A stretch of 64,000 nucleotides of DNA from an uncultured archaeon (GCA_964486045.1 CAZALK010000002.1:64001-128000), one strand, 5' to 3'. Counted from the stretch's first letter, positions 29,912 to 40,321 are shown. The notes: generated by a model not told the origin, from the sequence alone. A program made the numbers and translations.

Positions 29912-31924
29912 ATGGCAGAATCTAAAAAAGAAATAAAACTGACTGGTAGAGAAGATCCAAAAGTTGGTGTTTATGTTTGTTGGTGTGGAATAAACATTGG
30001 TGGTATTGTAGACGTTCCAAAACTCGTAGAATACGCCAAAACCTTACCCAATGTCGTTGAAGCTAAGGATTACAAGTTTTATTGCTCTGATATTGGACAA
30101 ACAATGATTCAAGAAGATATTAAGGCTGGTTTGATTAATCGTGTTGTTGTCGCCGCTTGTTCTCCAAGAATGCATGAACCTACATTCAGGACAGCGTGTC
30201 AGGAAGCTGGATTAAATAAATTTCTATTTGAACAAGCTAATATACGTGAGCACTGCACTTGGGTAAATGCAGATGATATTCCGGGAGCTACAAATATAGC
30301 TGAGGATCATATTAGAATAGCAGTGGCTAAAGCCTCAAATTTAATGCCTTTGGAGGTGACTAAGGTCAAGGTTGAACCATCTTGCCTTATAGTGGGTGCA
30401 GGAATATCTGGAATGAACGCCGCTTTGGATCTCGGAAATTCGGGTTATAAAGTCTATTTAGTGGAAAGAACATCTACTATAGGCGGACATATGGCCCAAT
30501 TAGATAAAACTTTCCCCACAATGGACTGCTCGGCTTGTACTATTACTCCTCGTATGACTGATGTATCCCGAAATCCTAATATAGAGTTATTAACATACTC
30601 AGAAGTAGAATCTATAGATGGTTTTGTAGGAAATTTTAATGTAAAAATAAAAAAAAAACCACATTATATTGACCAGAGCACATGCAATGGTTGCGGTGAT
30701 TGTGCTGAAGTATGCCCCATTGTATGTGGTAATGAATTTGATCTAGGAATGAAACCAAGAAAAGCCGCCTACATTCCTTTTCCACAAGCTGTTCCAGGCC
30801 AATATACTATAGATATGGATCATTGTATAGTATGCGGACTCTGTGCTGATGCTTGTGAACCTAGGTCTGTAAACTATGATGAAAAGCCAGAATTCATGGA
30901 AGTAAAAGTAGGCACTATAATTTTGGCAACTGGTTACGATGCTTTCGATCCTACTACTAAATTGAAGCAATATGGGTATGGAAAATATCCAAATGTTATT
31001 ACTGGTTTCCAAATGGAAAGACTTTTAAGTTCATTTGGACCGACGGAAGGCAAAATAAAAAGACCTTCAGATTTAAAAGAACCTAATACAGTGGTTTTTC
31101 TCCAATGTGTGGGTAGTCGAGATTTCTCAGGAAAAACTAATAAATATTGTTCAAGAGTTTGTTGCATGTATGCTACAAAACAAGCGCGTCAGTATAAGGA
31201 AAAGCATCCTGAAGCGAAAATTTATATTTTTTACATGGATATAAGAGCATTTGGTAAAGGCTATGAAGAATTCTATGAATCAGCTGGTAAAGATTACGGG
31301 GTTAAATACATTAGAGGTCGAATTGCCGAGGTTTTAGAGGATGAAAATCATGATATTCTTATACGAGCTGAAGATACTTTACTCCAACGACGAGTTGAAA
31401 TAAAAGTTGATATGTTAGTATTATCTGTAGGGTTAGAACCACGTAGCGATATGGAAGATGTAGCACGTAAATTTAATGTTCAAAGAACTGAAGACGGTTT
31501 TTTAATGGAAGCACATCCGAAGCTGCGTCCAGTTGACACGCTAACAGAGGGAATATTCTTGGCAGGAACAGTCCAAGGCCCAAAAGACATACCGGATGCA
31601 GTTGCTCAAGCAAAAGGTGCAGCATCAGGCGCAGCTACTTTAATGGCTCGAGGAGAAGTTGAGATCGAACCATACTATGCAAAAGTTCTTAATTATAAAT
31701 GTGCTGGCTGTAAAAGTTGTATCAGTCTATGTGCCTTTTCCGCTATAACATTCAATGAATTTGAAAAAGTTGCTGTTATTAACGAGATTCTTTGTAAAGG
31801 GTGTGGTACTTGTGTAGCAGCGTGTCCTTCGGATGCTATTGTTCAGAATCAATTTGGAGACATCCAAATCTTACCGATGATAGAGACCGCAATTCCACAA
31901 AAATCTAAAGCTGGAGGAGACTAA
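29912..31924 (+). CDS. hdrA: Heterodisulfide reductase subunit A
   Basis: VYVCWCGINIG, AACSPRMHE, DKTFPTMDCSAC, CVGSRD, YCSRVCC, HPKLRP, ferredoxin motifs. Confidence 0.97.
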   Translation: MAESKKEIKLTGREDPKVGVYVCWCGINIGGIVDVPKLVEYAKTLPNVVEAKDYKFYCSDIGQTMIQEDIKAGLINRVVVAACSPRMHEPTFRTACQEAGLNKFLFEQANIREHCTWVNADDIPGATNIAEDHIRIAVAKASNLMPLEVTKVKVEPSCLIVGAGISGMNAALDLGNSGYKVYLVERTSTIGGHMAQLDKTFPTMDCSACTITPRMTDVSRNPNIELLTYSEVESIDGFVGNFNVKIKKKPHYIDQSTCNGCGDCAEVCPIVCGNEFDLGMKPRKAAYIPFPQAVPGQYTIDMDHCIVCGLCADACEPRSVNYDEKPEFMEVKVGTIILATGYDAFDPTTKLKQYGYGKYPNVITGFQMERLLSSFGPTEGKIKRPSDLKEPNTVVFLQCVGSRDFSGKTNKYCSRVCCMYATKQARQYKEKHPEAKIYIFYMDIRAFGKGYEEFYESAGKDYGVKYIRGRIAEVLEDENHDILIRAEDTLLQRRVEIKVDMLVLSVGLEPRSDMEDVARKFNVQRTEDGFLMEAHPKLRPVDTLTEGIFLAGTVQGPKDIPDAVAQAKGAASGAATLMARGEVEIEPYYAKVLNYKCAGCKSCISLCAFSAITFNEFEKVAVINEILCKGCGTCVAACPSDAIVQNQFGDIQILPMIETAIPQKSKAGGD

Positions 31925-31926
31925 AA

Positions 31927-32364
31927 CTGAGTAGCCAAGTAAGTTTTAAACCTTATATTTTAGGAATTTTTTGTAATTGGTGTTCGTATGCTGGAGCGGA
32001 TCAAGCTGGAACTTCTCGTATGCAAAGACCTGCTAATTTAAGAATTGTAAGAGTAATGTGTGGTGGACGGGTTGATCCTCAATTTATTCTAAATGCTCTA
32101 AAAAATGGTGCTGACGGTGTTTTAGTAAGTCATTGTCATCCTGGAGATTGTCATTATGTTGAAGGGAATCTAAAAACAATTCGAAAATTACCTTTACTTC
32201 ATTTATACTTGAAACAATTTGGAATTAACCCAAAAAGAGTTAAATACGTATTTGTATCGGCTTCTGAAGGGATTGAGTTAACTAGAATCGTAAAGGAATT
32301 TGTAGAAGAACTAAATGAATTAGGTCCTAGCCCTATATTAAAAGAATTAAAAGTAAAAGTTTGA
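31927..32364 (+). CDS. mvhD: MvhD [2Fe-2S] subunit, CTG start
   Basis: The frame upstream of ATG 32020 encodes the essential FCNWCSYAGAD; VMCGGRVD, CHPGDCHY, SASEG; GGAGGA at 31913-31918 then CTG at 31927. Confidence 0.93.
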   Translation: MSSQVSFKPYILGIFCNWCSYAGADQAGTSRMQRPANLRIVRVMCGGRVDPQFILNALKNGADGVLVSHCHPGDCHYVEGNLKTIRKLPLLHLYLKQFGINPKRVKYVFVSASEGIELTRIVKEFVEELNELGPSPILKELKVKV

Positions 32365-32385
32365 GGTAAATGAGGTAAGTTAAAA

Positions 32386-34152
32386 ATGTATCCAAGGGTA
32401 AAAAGAATCAAGAATGATAAAATTGACGAGGTTATTGTAAACTTCTACCTCGAAAATCAGGCATTAGAATATAATAGGGAAGATTGTGTTGGGTGTGGAG
32501 TTTGTTTCAAAGTATGCCCGAAGGAAGCAATTAGCGATCCTAAAGATAACGGTGTGATTGACACAAGTTTTTCATTTGATGATTTAGATAAGGCAGTTAT
32601 CAGTTCGAACAATTGTTGTTTTTGCGGATTATGCGCTTCCCTGTGTAAAATAATTGGGATTGAAAATGACAAACCAAAACTCTTAGAAGATTGCTCTGAA
32701 TGTTCTAAATGTACTAGATTTTGTGCAAGAACCTATATAACGGAAGGTGAACTTGAAGAAGCAATTTTTAATGGAAAAACTCGAACAAATCCTTTATTCG
32801 GATATTTTCAAAAAGCTATTACAGCACAAACAACTAATAAACATGCGCTAGAAGTGGCCCAAAATGGTGGAACATGTTCTACAATCCTTATTCACGCTCT
32901 CGAGACAGGATTAATTGATGGTGCACTTCTTACGGGAATGGATGAAAATTGGAAGCCAAAACCTATCATCGCAACAACAAAAGAAGAGATATTATCCGCT
33001 GGTGGCTCCAGATATACTATGGCACCTTCGTTGCTCGTTTATAGTGAGGCAATTATTAAACATAAGCTCAAAAAACTAGCATTCGTTGGAATGCCCTGCC
33101 AAATTGATGCTGTCAGAAAACTCCAATTAGACTCGCCTTTTTCTGAGCAATTAGGAAAAATAACTTTGACCATTGGGTTATATTGCTCATCAAATTATAC
33201 ATATGAATTAATGGAAAAACTAGTAGTTGAAAAGCTTGAAGTGCCTATTAATGAAGTAAAGAAAATCGACATCTCAAAAGGTAAGTTATTTGTATATAAG
33301 AAAGATGGTGAAGTTAAAAAAATTGGAGTAAAACAAACCGTACCGTATTATTGGGATAGCTGCAAATATTGTGATGATTACACTGCTGAATTTGCTGACA
33401 TCTCTTTAGGAAGTGTTGGGGCGCCTACAGATGATTGGAATAGTGTGTTCATTCGTTCAGATTTAGGGATGAAAATTTTCGACGATCTAGTCGCTGCTGG
33501 AAAAATAACAACTGCTAATGATTTTGAGATCGAAAGACTTGAGAGAGAATGTACTCGTAAAAAGAAAAACGTGGTTGATTTAGAAAAGAAATACTTGAGT
33601 GTTGAGGATCTCGAGGCTTACTTCATAACTACTGAGGATCTAATACCAGAAGTTCCCGATCCACTTGCATGTGCTTATTGCGGCACATGTGCAATTATGT
33701 GTCCTTGGTCCACTATAACGTTAAAAAAGGATGGTCAAGCAATAGAATTAAAAGACATTGAGATTGTAGAAAAAAATGTCGTGCCAAGTTTAAACATTAA
33801 GCTCACTGACTGTGATATTATTAAGAGAAAAGCAAAGGTCTATGTCGAAGGCAAAATGGATTTAAATTGGGATAAATGTATCAATTGTTTATCTTGCATT
33901 GAAGTTTGTCCAACGGGAGCCTTTTTTAGTGCTGATATTCCAAATGAAGGACCAGCGTTGGAATATAATGGTGTAAAATATGAACAAGGAAGATGGCGTG
34001 AAGTAGATTATGACGATGATAAATGTATTCGATGTGGCGCTTGCGTCATGGCATGTCCAACTAGCACTATGACTTTAATTATTGACAAGGTCAATTTCTC
34101 TGGGGAATATCAAGATGTTTTCTGGTTGGATGTAATACAGCGTCTTAAGTGA
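32386..34152 (+). CDS. FrhB/FdhB-like F420-binding subunit embedded in polyferredoxin domains
   Basis: AQNGG, GSRY, FVGMPCQ, IGLYC, CKYCDDYTAEFADISLGSVG, flanked by several CxxCxxCxxxCP motifs on both sides. Confidence 0.9.
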   Translation: MYPRVKRIKNDKIDEVIVNFYLENQALEYNREDCVGCGVCFKVCPKEAISDPKDNGVIDTSFSFDDLDKAVISSNNCCFCGLCASLCKIIGIENDKPKLLEDCSECSKCTRFCARTYITEGELEEAIFNGKTRTNPLFGYFQKAITAQTTNKHALEVAQNGGTCSTILIHALETGLIDGALLTGMDENWKPKPIIATTKEEILSAGGSRYTMAPSLLVYSEAIIKHKLKKLAFVGMPCQIDAVRKLQLDSPFSEQLGKITLTIGLYCSSNYTYELMEKLVVEKLEVPINEVKKIDISKGKLFVYKKDGEVKKIGVKQTVPYYWDSCKYCDDYTAEFADISLGSVGAPTDDWNSVFIRSDLGMKIFDDLVAAGKITTANDFEIERLERECTRKKKNVVDLEKKYLSVEDLEAYFITTEDLIPEVPDPLACAYCGTCAIMCPWSTITLKKDGQAIELKDIEIVEKNVVPSLNIKLTDCDIIKRKAKVYVEGKMDLNWDKCINCLSCIEVCPTGAFFSADIPNEGPALEYNGVKYEQGRWREVDYDDDKCIRCGACVMACPTSTMTLIIDKVNFSGEYQDVFWLDVIQRLK

Positions 34153-34223
34153 TAAATAGATTATAATCAAAATTTTTTTAATCCTTTTTCTTTAGTTTCA
34201 ACTTTAATAATATTTTTATTACT
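34141..34223 (+). repeat. 83-bp direct repeat, copy A (end of FrhB gene + terminator); copy B at 40322-40404
   Basis: cgtct(t/g)aag(t/g)gataaatagattataatcaaaatttttttaatcctttttctttagtttcaac...; 4 mismatches by manual alignment. Confidence 0.9.
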
Positions 34224-34389
34224 AATTTTCGATCATACAGACCAGCATCATTTCTTAGCATTCGATAGTTCTTTTAATGATATATTGGAGATACTTGGAA
34301 ATCTCTTTAGAAATAAGATAGATCGTAACATTCAAATACAAGATTTTAGAGTATAAATAGACCAAATAAAATTGAATTTTTCTCTTTTT

Positions 34390-35550
34390 CTATTTTAGAA
34401 TATTAACTTTTCTTCGTTTAAGATTGTTCACTAGACTTGAGAAGTCATCATCTAATCCCTTCAGAAATAAACTTTTTAGATTTTTAAGATATAGTATCGA
34501 CAAAGGTAATTCTTTTATTGGATTTTCTCTAATGTCCAAGCTTTTGAGTGATGACATATATCCAATCGATTCTGGAATAGTTTTGATTAAATTATTTCCA
34601 ATTACAAAATCTTTAAGGGATGTGAGTTTTCCAATAGACTCTGGTAAAACTTTTATTAAATTGCTACCAACAAATAACAATTCTAGATGAGCCAGATTGC
34701 TGATAGAAGCGGGTAGTTTCTTTAATTTGTTGTGTTGCAGCTTTAATTGCTTTAATTTTTCAAGATTTACTAATGATTCTGGAATCTCCTTTAATTGGTT
34801 ATCAGATACATCAAGGACTTGGAGCTGATCAAATTCATCGATCCACTCTGGTAAGGTTTCCAGTTGATTTCTACTGAGAACAAGTCCCTCCAATAGCTTC
34901 AATTCTCTAATAATTTCTGGTATCTTGCTAATTCCGCAATTATCTAAGCTTACCCATTTAACTACGCCGTTTTCTACCACAATTCCATAAGAATGTGGAT
35001 TTAGTCTTGTGTTAATTTTCATAGGAATTCCTAATGACATTCCCAGCTTAGTTATAATATCCCCGTTTTTAACAAGACTTAAGAACTCTTCTCTAGACAA
35101 AACATCTAGATAACCTTCATCTCTGAGGAAAGATTGAATATTCTTATTACCGGACATAAACCTTTCTGCTATCTCTTCTTTATATCTCTTTTTAGCCAAC
35201 GGGTCTCCGCTTTCATATAGCTTTTGTAGCAAAGAAAATGCGAGATTGGAATGTAAGAGACGCGTATTATAATCGTTTTCATACCACACTTGAAGATTTG
35301 AGCAGTGCCCCCAGAATTCTACTTCTGGAGATATATTATAGTGATAGCCTTCTACCTCTTCGAGTAATGGATCTAACAATTCAGCAGCGTCATCAATCGA
35401 ATCTATATTGGTAAGTGAACTTATTTCTTCTACTGGAATATTAATCAGAAGAAAAGTACATTGTTGAAATAACTCTCCCTTTATATAAATGTTTGATTTT
35501 TTGTCTTCAAGCCTGAGTGTTATATATTCATTTATTTTAAATTCATTCAT
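34390..35550 (-). CDS. Lokiarchaeal leucine-rich-repeat protein
   Basis: N-terminal FKINEYITLRLE / EFWGHCSNLQVW domain, then about 8 LxxLxLxxNxLxxLP repeats. Confidence 0.9.
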   Translation of the reverse strand: MNEFKINEYITLRLEDKKSNIYIKGELFQQCTFLLINIPVEEISSLTNIDSIDDAAELLDPLLEEVEGYHYNISPEVEFWGHCSNLQVWYENDYNTRLLHSNLAFSLLQKLYESGDPLAKKRYKEEIAERFMSGNKNIQSFLRDEGYLDVLSREEFLSLVKNGDIITKLGMSLGIPMKINTRLNPHSYGIVVENGVVKWVSLDNCGISKIPEIIRELKLLEGLVLSRNQLETLPEWIDEFDQLQVLDVSDNQLKEIPESLVNLEKLKQLKLQHNKLKKLPASISNLAHLELLFVGSNLIKVLPESIGKLTSLKDFVIGNNLIKTIPESIGYMSSLKSLDIRENPIKELPLSILYLKNLKSLFLKGLDDDFSSLVNNLKRRKVNILK

Positions 35551-35713
35551 TTCTTATATTTTTATCACAAATTCACTATCAAAGATTTAAATTAACATGA
35601 AATAATAGATGCTCTATTAATTTAAACTTAAAGTCTTATTCAATTTTAAGATTTAATATCGAGGCTAAATTTTTAGTGTTAGAATTTTGACGAATTAAAT
35701 TTCATTTCACAAG

Positions 35714-35818
35714 TGCCCTAAGGATGTAATGACATTAAATATTGACAAAGTAAATTTCTCTGGCGAATATCAAGAGATCTTCTGGCTGGACGTGATACAG
35801 CGTCTAAAAACGTTGTAA
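35714..35818 (+). pseudogene. Diverged second copy of the last ~33 codons of the FrhB-polyferredoxin gene
   Basis: CPKDVMTLNIDKVNFSGEYQEIFWLDVIQRLKTL* versus CPTSTMTLIIDKVNFSGEYQDVFWLDVIQRLK* at 34054-34152. Confidence 0.9.
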
Positions 35819-36002
35819 AATTGTATGCAATTATCCTCTATCGCTATTTTCATTTGTGAGGAGTGGAAAAGAAGGGAGATCCTTAACTATTAATTTTTTC
35901 TTTTTTCTCTTTTTTTTTTTTTTTTCATCCTGTATAAGTATTTAATTTCCGTATTCACCAATAACATAAACAGAAACTGAATTATAATATTTTTTTATTT
36001 AC

Positions 36003-36344
36003 AAGGTCAAGACTTCTGATAGCGTACCTGAAGCTGACTTATCGTTTATTCCTGAAATTGATAATAAATAATTAAGTGACTTACGGTAGGACCCCAAAAT
36101 TGAAATGTTAATTATTTCACCCGCAGACCTAACGTGTAGTAGGGATAGTGATGGAGATGATAATTGGGGTGAAGTTACCCGAGATAACCTATATGGATTA
36201 GATGAAATCTCTTGGATACCAGAAGTATATGTAGGGAGATTTCCTGCAAACGATGCTAATGAACTTGAAATTATGGTTAATAGAACATTAAAATATGAAA
36301 AAAGTCCCAGAAAACAGTATAGTAAAAGCAGTACAAATCCATAA
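36003..36344 (+). pseudogene. Relic of a C25 (gingipain-like) peptidase gene, N-terminal part
   Basis: DSDGDDNWGE and PEVYVGRFP...NRTLKYEK are C25-like; in-frame stops at 36069 and 36087; apparent internal deletion after EMLIISP. Confidence 0.7.
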
Positions 36345-36453
36345 CAACAAAGATTATTAAAAACTTTTTTTTATTATGTATTTAACAATCAATTTCAAAG
36401 ATTATTTACCTTAAGGATCAAATTCTTTAAAAATATGAAGTGTGAGATAAGTT

Positions 36454-39400
36454 ATGGATGTTTTAACTAAAGTTAAGAATAATTCTAATGAGAATTTCCG
36501 AAAGATGATCGAAAATTTAGACGTGGGCTTCTATAAGGGTGATTCAGATGGGAATCTCTTAATGTATAACCGGGCATTAAAAGAAATATTAGGTTTTGAA
36601 CCCTCAAAAGATTTAGCTGGCAACCTAGCAGAATATTTTTTTAAAAACAAAGCAGATCAAAAAATTTTTTATAGAGAATTAATGGAAATGGGAAGAGTTA
36701 AGGATTATATTGTTCAAGTAAAGAAACCAAATGGAAAAATTATAATGGTTCAAATCAATGCACATGTTGTGAAAGAATTTGATGATAAACTAACTACTAT
36801 CGAGGGGAATGTTATTGATATTTCCGAAAGTTATCAATTAGAACATAGACTAAACGAATCTGAAGAGAATTGTCGAACTTTTATGGAAACTGCCAAAGAT
36901 TTTATGCACATCATTGATAATAAAGGCAAAATAATCTATGCAAATAGAGATTTCTTTGGCTATAAAAAAGAGGAATTAATGAATATGCGCATCACTGAAC
37001 TGATCGCAGAAGAAGAACTGCCTATATTCACTCTGGAATTGAAAAGCTTAATTGGAAATGGCAGCATTACTCTAACGGATCTGTCTTGTAAAAGTAAGGA
37101 CGGTACTAAAATTATCGGGGAATTAAGTGCGGTTGCAATATATGGTACTGATGGAAAATTTAACGGCGCCATAAGTATCTTCAATGACATTACCGAACGC
37201 AAGAAGATGGAAGAAATATTACTAAATAACGAGGAATTATTCAGAGATTTTTTTGAAAGTGCCGCCGTCGGGTTTCATATTTTCGGACCAGACCGTATCA
37301 TCACAAAAATGAATGAATATGAGTTGAACTTGTTAGGTTACAGTCGTGAGGAAATCATCGATAAAAAAACATGGTATGACATTATCATTCCAGAACAGAG
37401 ATCTCAGTTTGAGAAGCACTGGAACGATATTCTAGAAAAAGGTTCAGTCAAAAACTTGGAATATACATTAATACATAAGGATGGGCATTTTATTGATGTG
37501 CTCCTTAATGCATCTTCGAGATTTGATGAAAATGGTAATTTAATTAATACTCGCGGTAGTGTCATAGATATTACCAGACGTAGGAAGGTGGAGCAAGCGT
37601 TAAGGGAGTCTGAACATAATCTTGGAGAACGCATTAAGGAATTAAATTGTCTTTATGGAATTTCTCAACTTGTTGAAAAACCTGAGGTCTCATCAGAAGA
37701 AATTATACGTGGAACTCTTGAGTTGATCCCACCTGCTTGGCAATTTCCAGAGGTGACCTGCGCAAGAATTATATATCATAAAAAATTGTACAAAACGGAA
37801 AATTTTAAAGAAACCGAATGGAAATTAACAACTCGAGTTGAAGTTTTTGAGAAACCAATGGAAATTGAAGTTTATTACCTTGAAGTTAACCCATTTCTTA
37901 AAGAAGAAATAAATTTAATAAACGATATTGGAAAGCGGTTAAAGGTTATTTTTGAGCATATGGAAGCAGAACAAAAATTAAAAGAATCTGAAGAGAAATT
38001 AAAAAAATTAAACTTAGAACTGGAACAAAGAATAGATGAAAGAACTAAAGATTTAAAAGAATCTGAACATGATCTTGGAGAACGCGTTAAGGAATTAAAT
38101 TGTCTTTTTGGAATTTCTCAACTTGTTGAAAAACCTGAGGTCTCATGTGAAGAAATTATACGTGGAACTCTCGACCTAATTCCACCAGCATGGCAATTTT
38201 CAGAGATAACGTGTGCAAGAATATCCCTTAACGGACAAGAATTTAAAACGAAAAATTTTAAGGAGACTGCGTGGAAGCAAAAAGCCGGTATAAAAAGAAG
38301 TGATGAAATTATAGGAACTATTGAAGTTTATTATTTGAAAGATAAGCCTATATTCGATGAGGGACCTTTCTTGAGGGAAGAGAGAAACTTAATTAATGCC
38401 CTTACTGAAATATTAGGAAGATATTTCGAGCGCAAGATGGCAGAACAAAAATTAAAAGAATCCGAAGAAAAATTTAGAGCACTTTTTAACAATACTAATG
38501 ATTCAATTTTTATTCTTGACAGAGATAGTCAATTTATTGAGATAAATAAAACAGCTTGCGAAAGATTGGGTTATATCAGAGAAGAATTATTGAAAATGGG
38601 TCCTAAAGATATCCTCCCTCCAGAATATAAAATTGATATACAAGCGAATATTAAAACTCTTTTTGAAAAAGGAGAAACAGTGGTAGAAGCTGAACAGATG
38701 ACAAAAGATGGAGATAGATTTCCTGTTGAAATTGGTTCCCGTATTTTTAATTTCGGGGGAAAAAAAGCAATTATTAGTGTTGCCCGAGATATTTCAGAGC
38801 GTAAAGTAGTAGAACAAAAATTAAAAGAATCAGAAAAGCAATACCATGAATCATATAATCGAGCTAATTTTTATAAAGATCTATTTGCCCATGATATAAA
38901 CAATATTCTTCAAATTATTACATCTTCAGCTGATCTTATCTCTATTCAGTTAGGAGATTTTGAAAAATCCAAGATATTACGAAACTTTACTAAAATTATC
39001 AATCAACAAGTTAAGAGAGGAGTAAAATTAGTAAAGAATGTTCATATTCTCTCAAAACTTGAAGAAGAGAATATAATTGTTCAATCAATTAAAGTTGATG
39101 AGACATTAAGAAAATCAATAGAATTCATTAAAAAATCATATAAAGATAGGCAATTACATCTTCAAGTTGACTCAGCAGATGTAGATTTTATAGTCCAAGC
39201 AAATCTACTACTACAAGACGTTTTTGAGAACATATTGATAAATGGTGTGAAATATAATGAAAACCCAAATATTGAAATTCTAATCAGAATTTCAAAAGTT
39301 CAAATCGATAATGCGGCCTTCATTAGAATGGAATTTATTGATAATGGAATCGGAATTCCAGATGATAGAAAAGAGATAATATTTAAAAAAGGAAATAGAA

Positions 39401-39552
39401 AGTTAAAGGGTGACAAAGGAATGGGATTGGGGCTCTCTTTAGTTAGTAAAATCATTAGCAGTTTTAATGGAAAAATCCGTGTTGTAGATAAAACAGAGGG
39501 AAATTATAGCAAGGGGTGTAATTTCATTATAGAGTTGCCTATTAAAAAATAA
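36454..39552 (+). CDS. Multi-PAS/GAF-like sensor histidine kinase
   Basis: PAS repeats, two ER(I/V)KELNCL modules, AHDINN H-box, DNGIG, GMGLGL. Confidence 0.92.
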   Translation: MDVLTKVKNNSNENFRKMIENLDVGFYKGDSDGNLLMYNRALKEILGFEPSKDLAGNLAEYFFKNKADQKIFYRELMEMGRVKDYIVQVKKPNGKIIMVQINAHVVKEFDDKLTTIEGNVIDISESYQLEHRLNESEENCRTFMETAKDFMHIIDNKGKIIYANRDFFGYKKEELMNMRITELIAEEELPIFTLELKSLIGNGSITLTDLSCKSKDGTKIIGELSAVAIYGTDGKFNGAISIFNDITERKKMEEILLNNEELFRDFFESAAVGFHIFGPDRIITKMNEYELNLLGYSREEIIDKKTWYDIIIPEQRSQFEKHWNDILEKGSVKNLEYTLIHKDGHFIDVLLNASSRFDENGNLINTRGSVIDITRRRKVEQALRESEHNLGERIKELNCLYGISQLVEKPEVSSEEIIRGTLELIPPAWQFPEVTCARIIYHKKLYKTENFKETEWKLTTRVEVFEKPMEIEVYYLEVNPFLKEEINLINDIGKRLKVIFEHMEAEQKLKESEEKLKKLNLELEQRIDERTKDLKESEHDLGERVKELNCLFGISQLVEKPEVSCEEIIRGTLDLIPPAWQFSEITCARISLNGQEFKTKNFKETAWKQKAGIKRSDEIIGTIEVYYLKDKPIFDEGPFLREERNLINALTEILGRYFERKMAEQKLKESEEKFRALFNNTNDSIFILDRDSQFIEINKTACERLGYIREELLKMGPKDILPPEYKIDIQANIKTLFEKGETVVEAEQMTKDGDRFPVEIGSRIFNFGGKKAIISVARDISERKVVEQKLKESEKQYHESYNRANFYKDLFAHDINNILQIITSSADLISIQLGDFEKSKILRNFTKIINQQVKRGVKLVKNVHILSKLEEENIIVQSIKVDETLRKSIEFIKKSYKDRQLHLQVDSADVDFIVQANLLLQDVFENILINGVKYNENPNIEILIRISKVQIDNAAFIRMEFIDNGIGIPDDRKEIIFKKGNRKLKGDKGMGLGLSLVSKIISSFNGKIRVVDKTEGNYSKGCNFIIELPIKK

Positions 39553-39720
39553 TGCATTATTGCAGTATTAAATTACCTTATATCCTCTTTTTAAGCCAAT
39601 CTTCCTTAAAAATGCAATATTTATAATCATCCACATACACACCAGGTTGATCAAAAGGTATTTGATTTAGGGATAAATTCTGAAGATGTGAAAGGACTAA
39701 AAAGTTCAGCAAGTGTGTCA

Positions 39721-40278
39721 GAGTTATGGAATTATACCACGGGAAATTAGGTGCGTTCTTCTCCGGTGTTGGGAGACGTGGACAATGATAGTAAACTCGA
39801 AGTGGTGGTGGGAAGCGATGATTATAAAATATATGCATTTAATCCCGTTCCTTCTGGTGAAAGAATTTATTGGCAAGGATTATCTGGAAATACTACATTT
39901 TCAAGGCAAAAAAACCTAGAAGCAGTTGATCCCGATCTTGACATGCTTTCTAGCTACTCGGAGACAAGGATTTATTTTTCAGATCCAGAAGATCCCGATA
40001 CTGATAAAGATGGATTATCAGATGGTGATGAAGTTTTAAATTACGGCACAGATCCCCTTGATACTGACACAGATGGTGACGGCTTTTTTGATGGAATAGA
40101 GGTTGCTTCGGGTACCGATCCATTAGATCCAAACAATTATCCAGGCGCACAACCCCCAACCCAACCTTCACCAAGCATTCAAGGATATAATATTTACATA
40201 CTAATGGGAGTAGTAGCTGTTAGCACGTTAATACTCATAAAGAAAAAGATTTGGGCTTCTAGAACTAAAAAAGTTTGA
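39721..40278 (+). pseudogene. 3' fragment of an FG-GAP/VCBS + Ca-binding DxDxDG repeat surface protein with Loki-CTERM-like anchor
   Basis: ELWNYTTGN*VRSSPVLGDVDNDSKLEVVVGS with in-frame TAG at 39748; DTDKDGLSDGDEV repeats; IQGY-TM-KKK; no signal peptide. Confidence 0.7.
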
Positions 40279-40321
40279 TATATAGATTAATGAAAGAATT
40301 ACTAATTTTTTTTTGTTGAAA

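Noticed and set aside
28396-34152. Selenocysteine/SECIS in hdrA, mvhD or frhB (known Sec families in Lokiarchaeia)
   Set aside because: No in-frame TGA in these genes; cysteine codons occupy the relevant motifs (DCSAC, CNWC, CHPGDCH)
34153-40321. Autonomous mobile element or provirus
   Set aside because: No integrase, transposase, replication or virion genes; reported only as a repeat-bounded insertion
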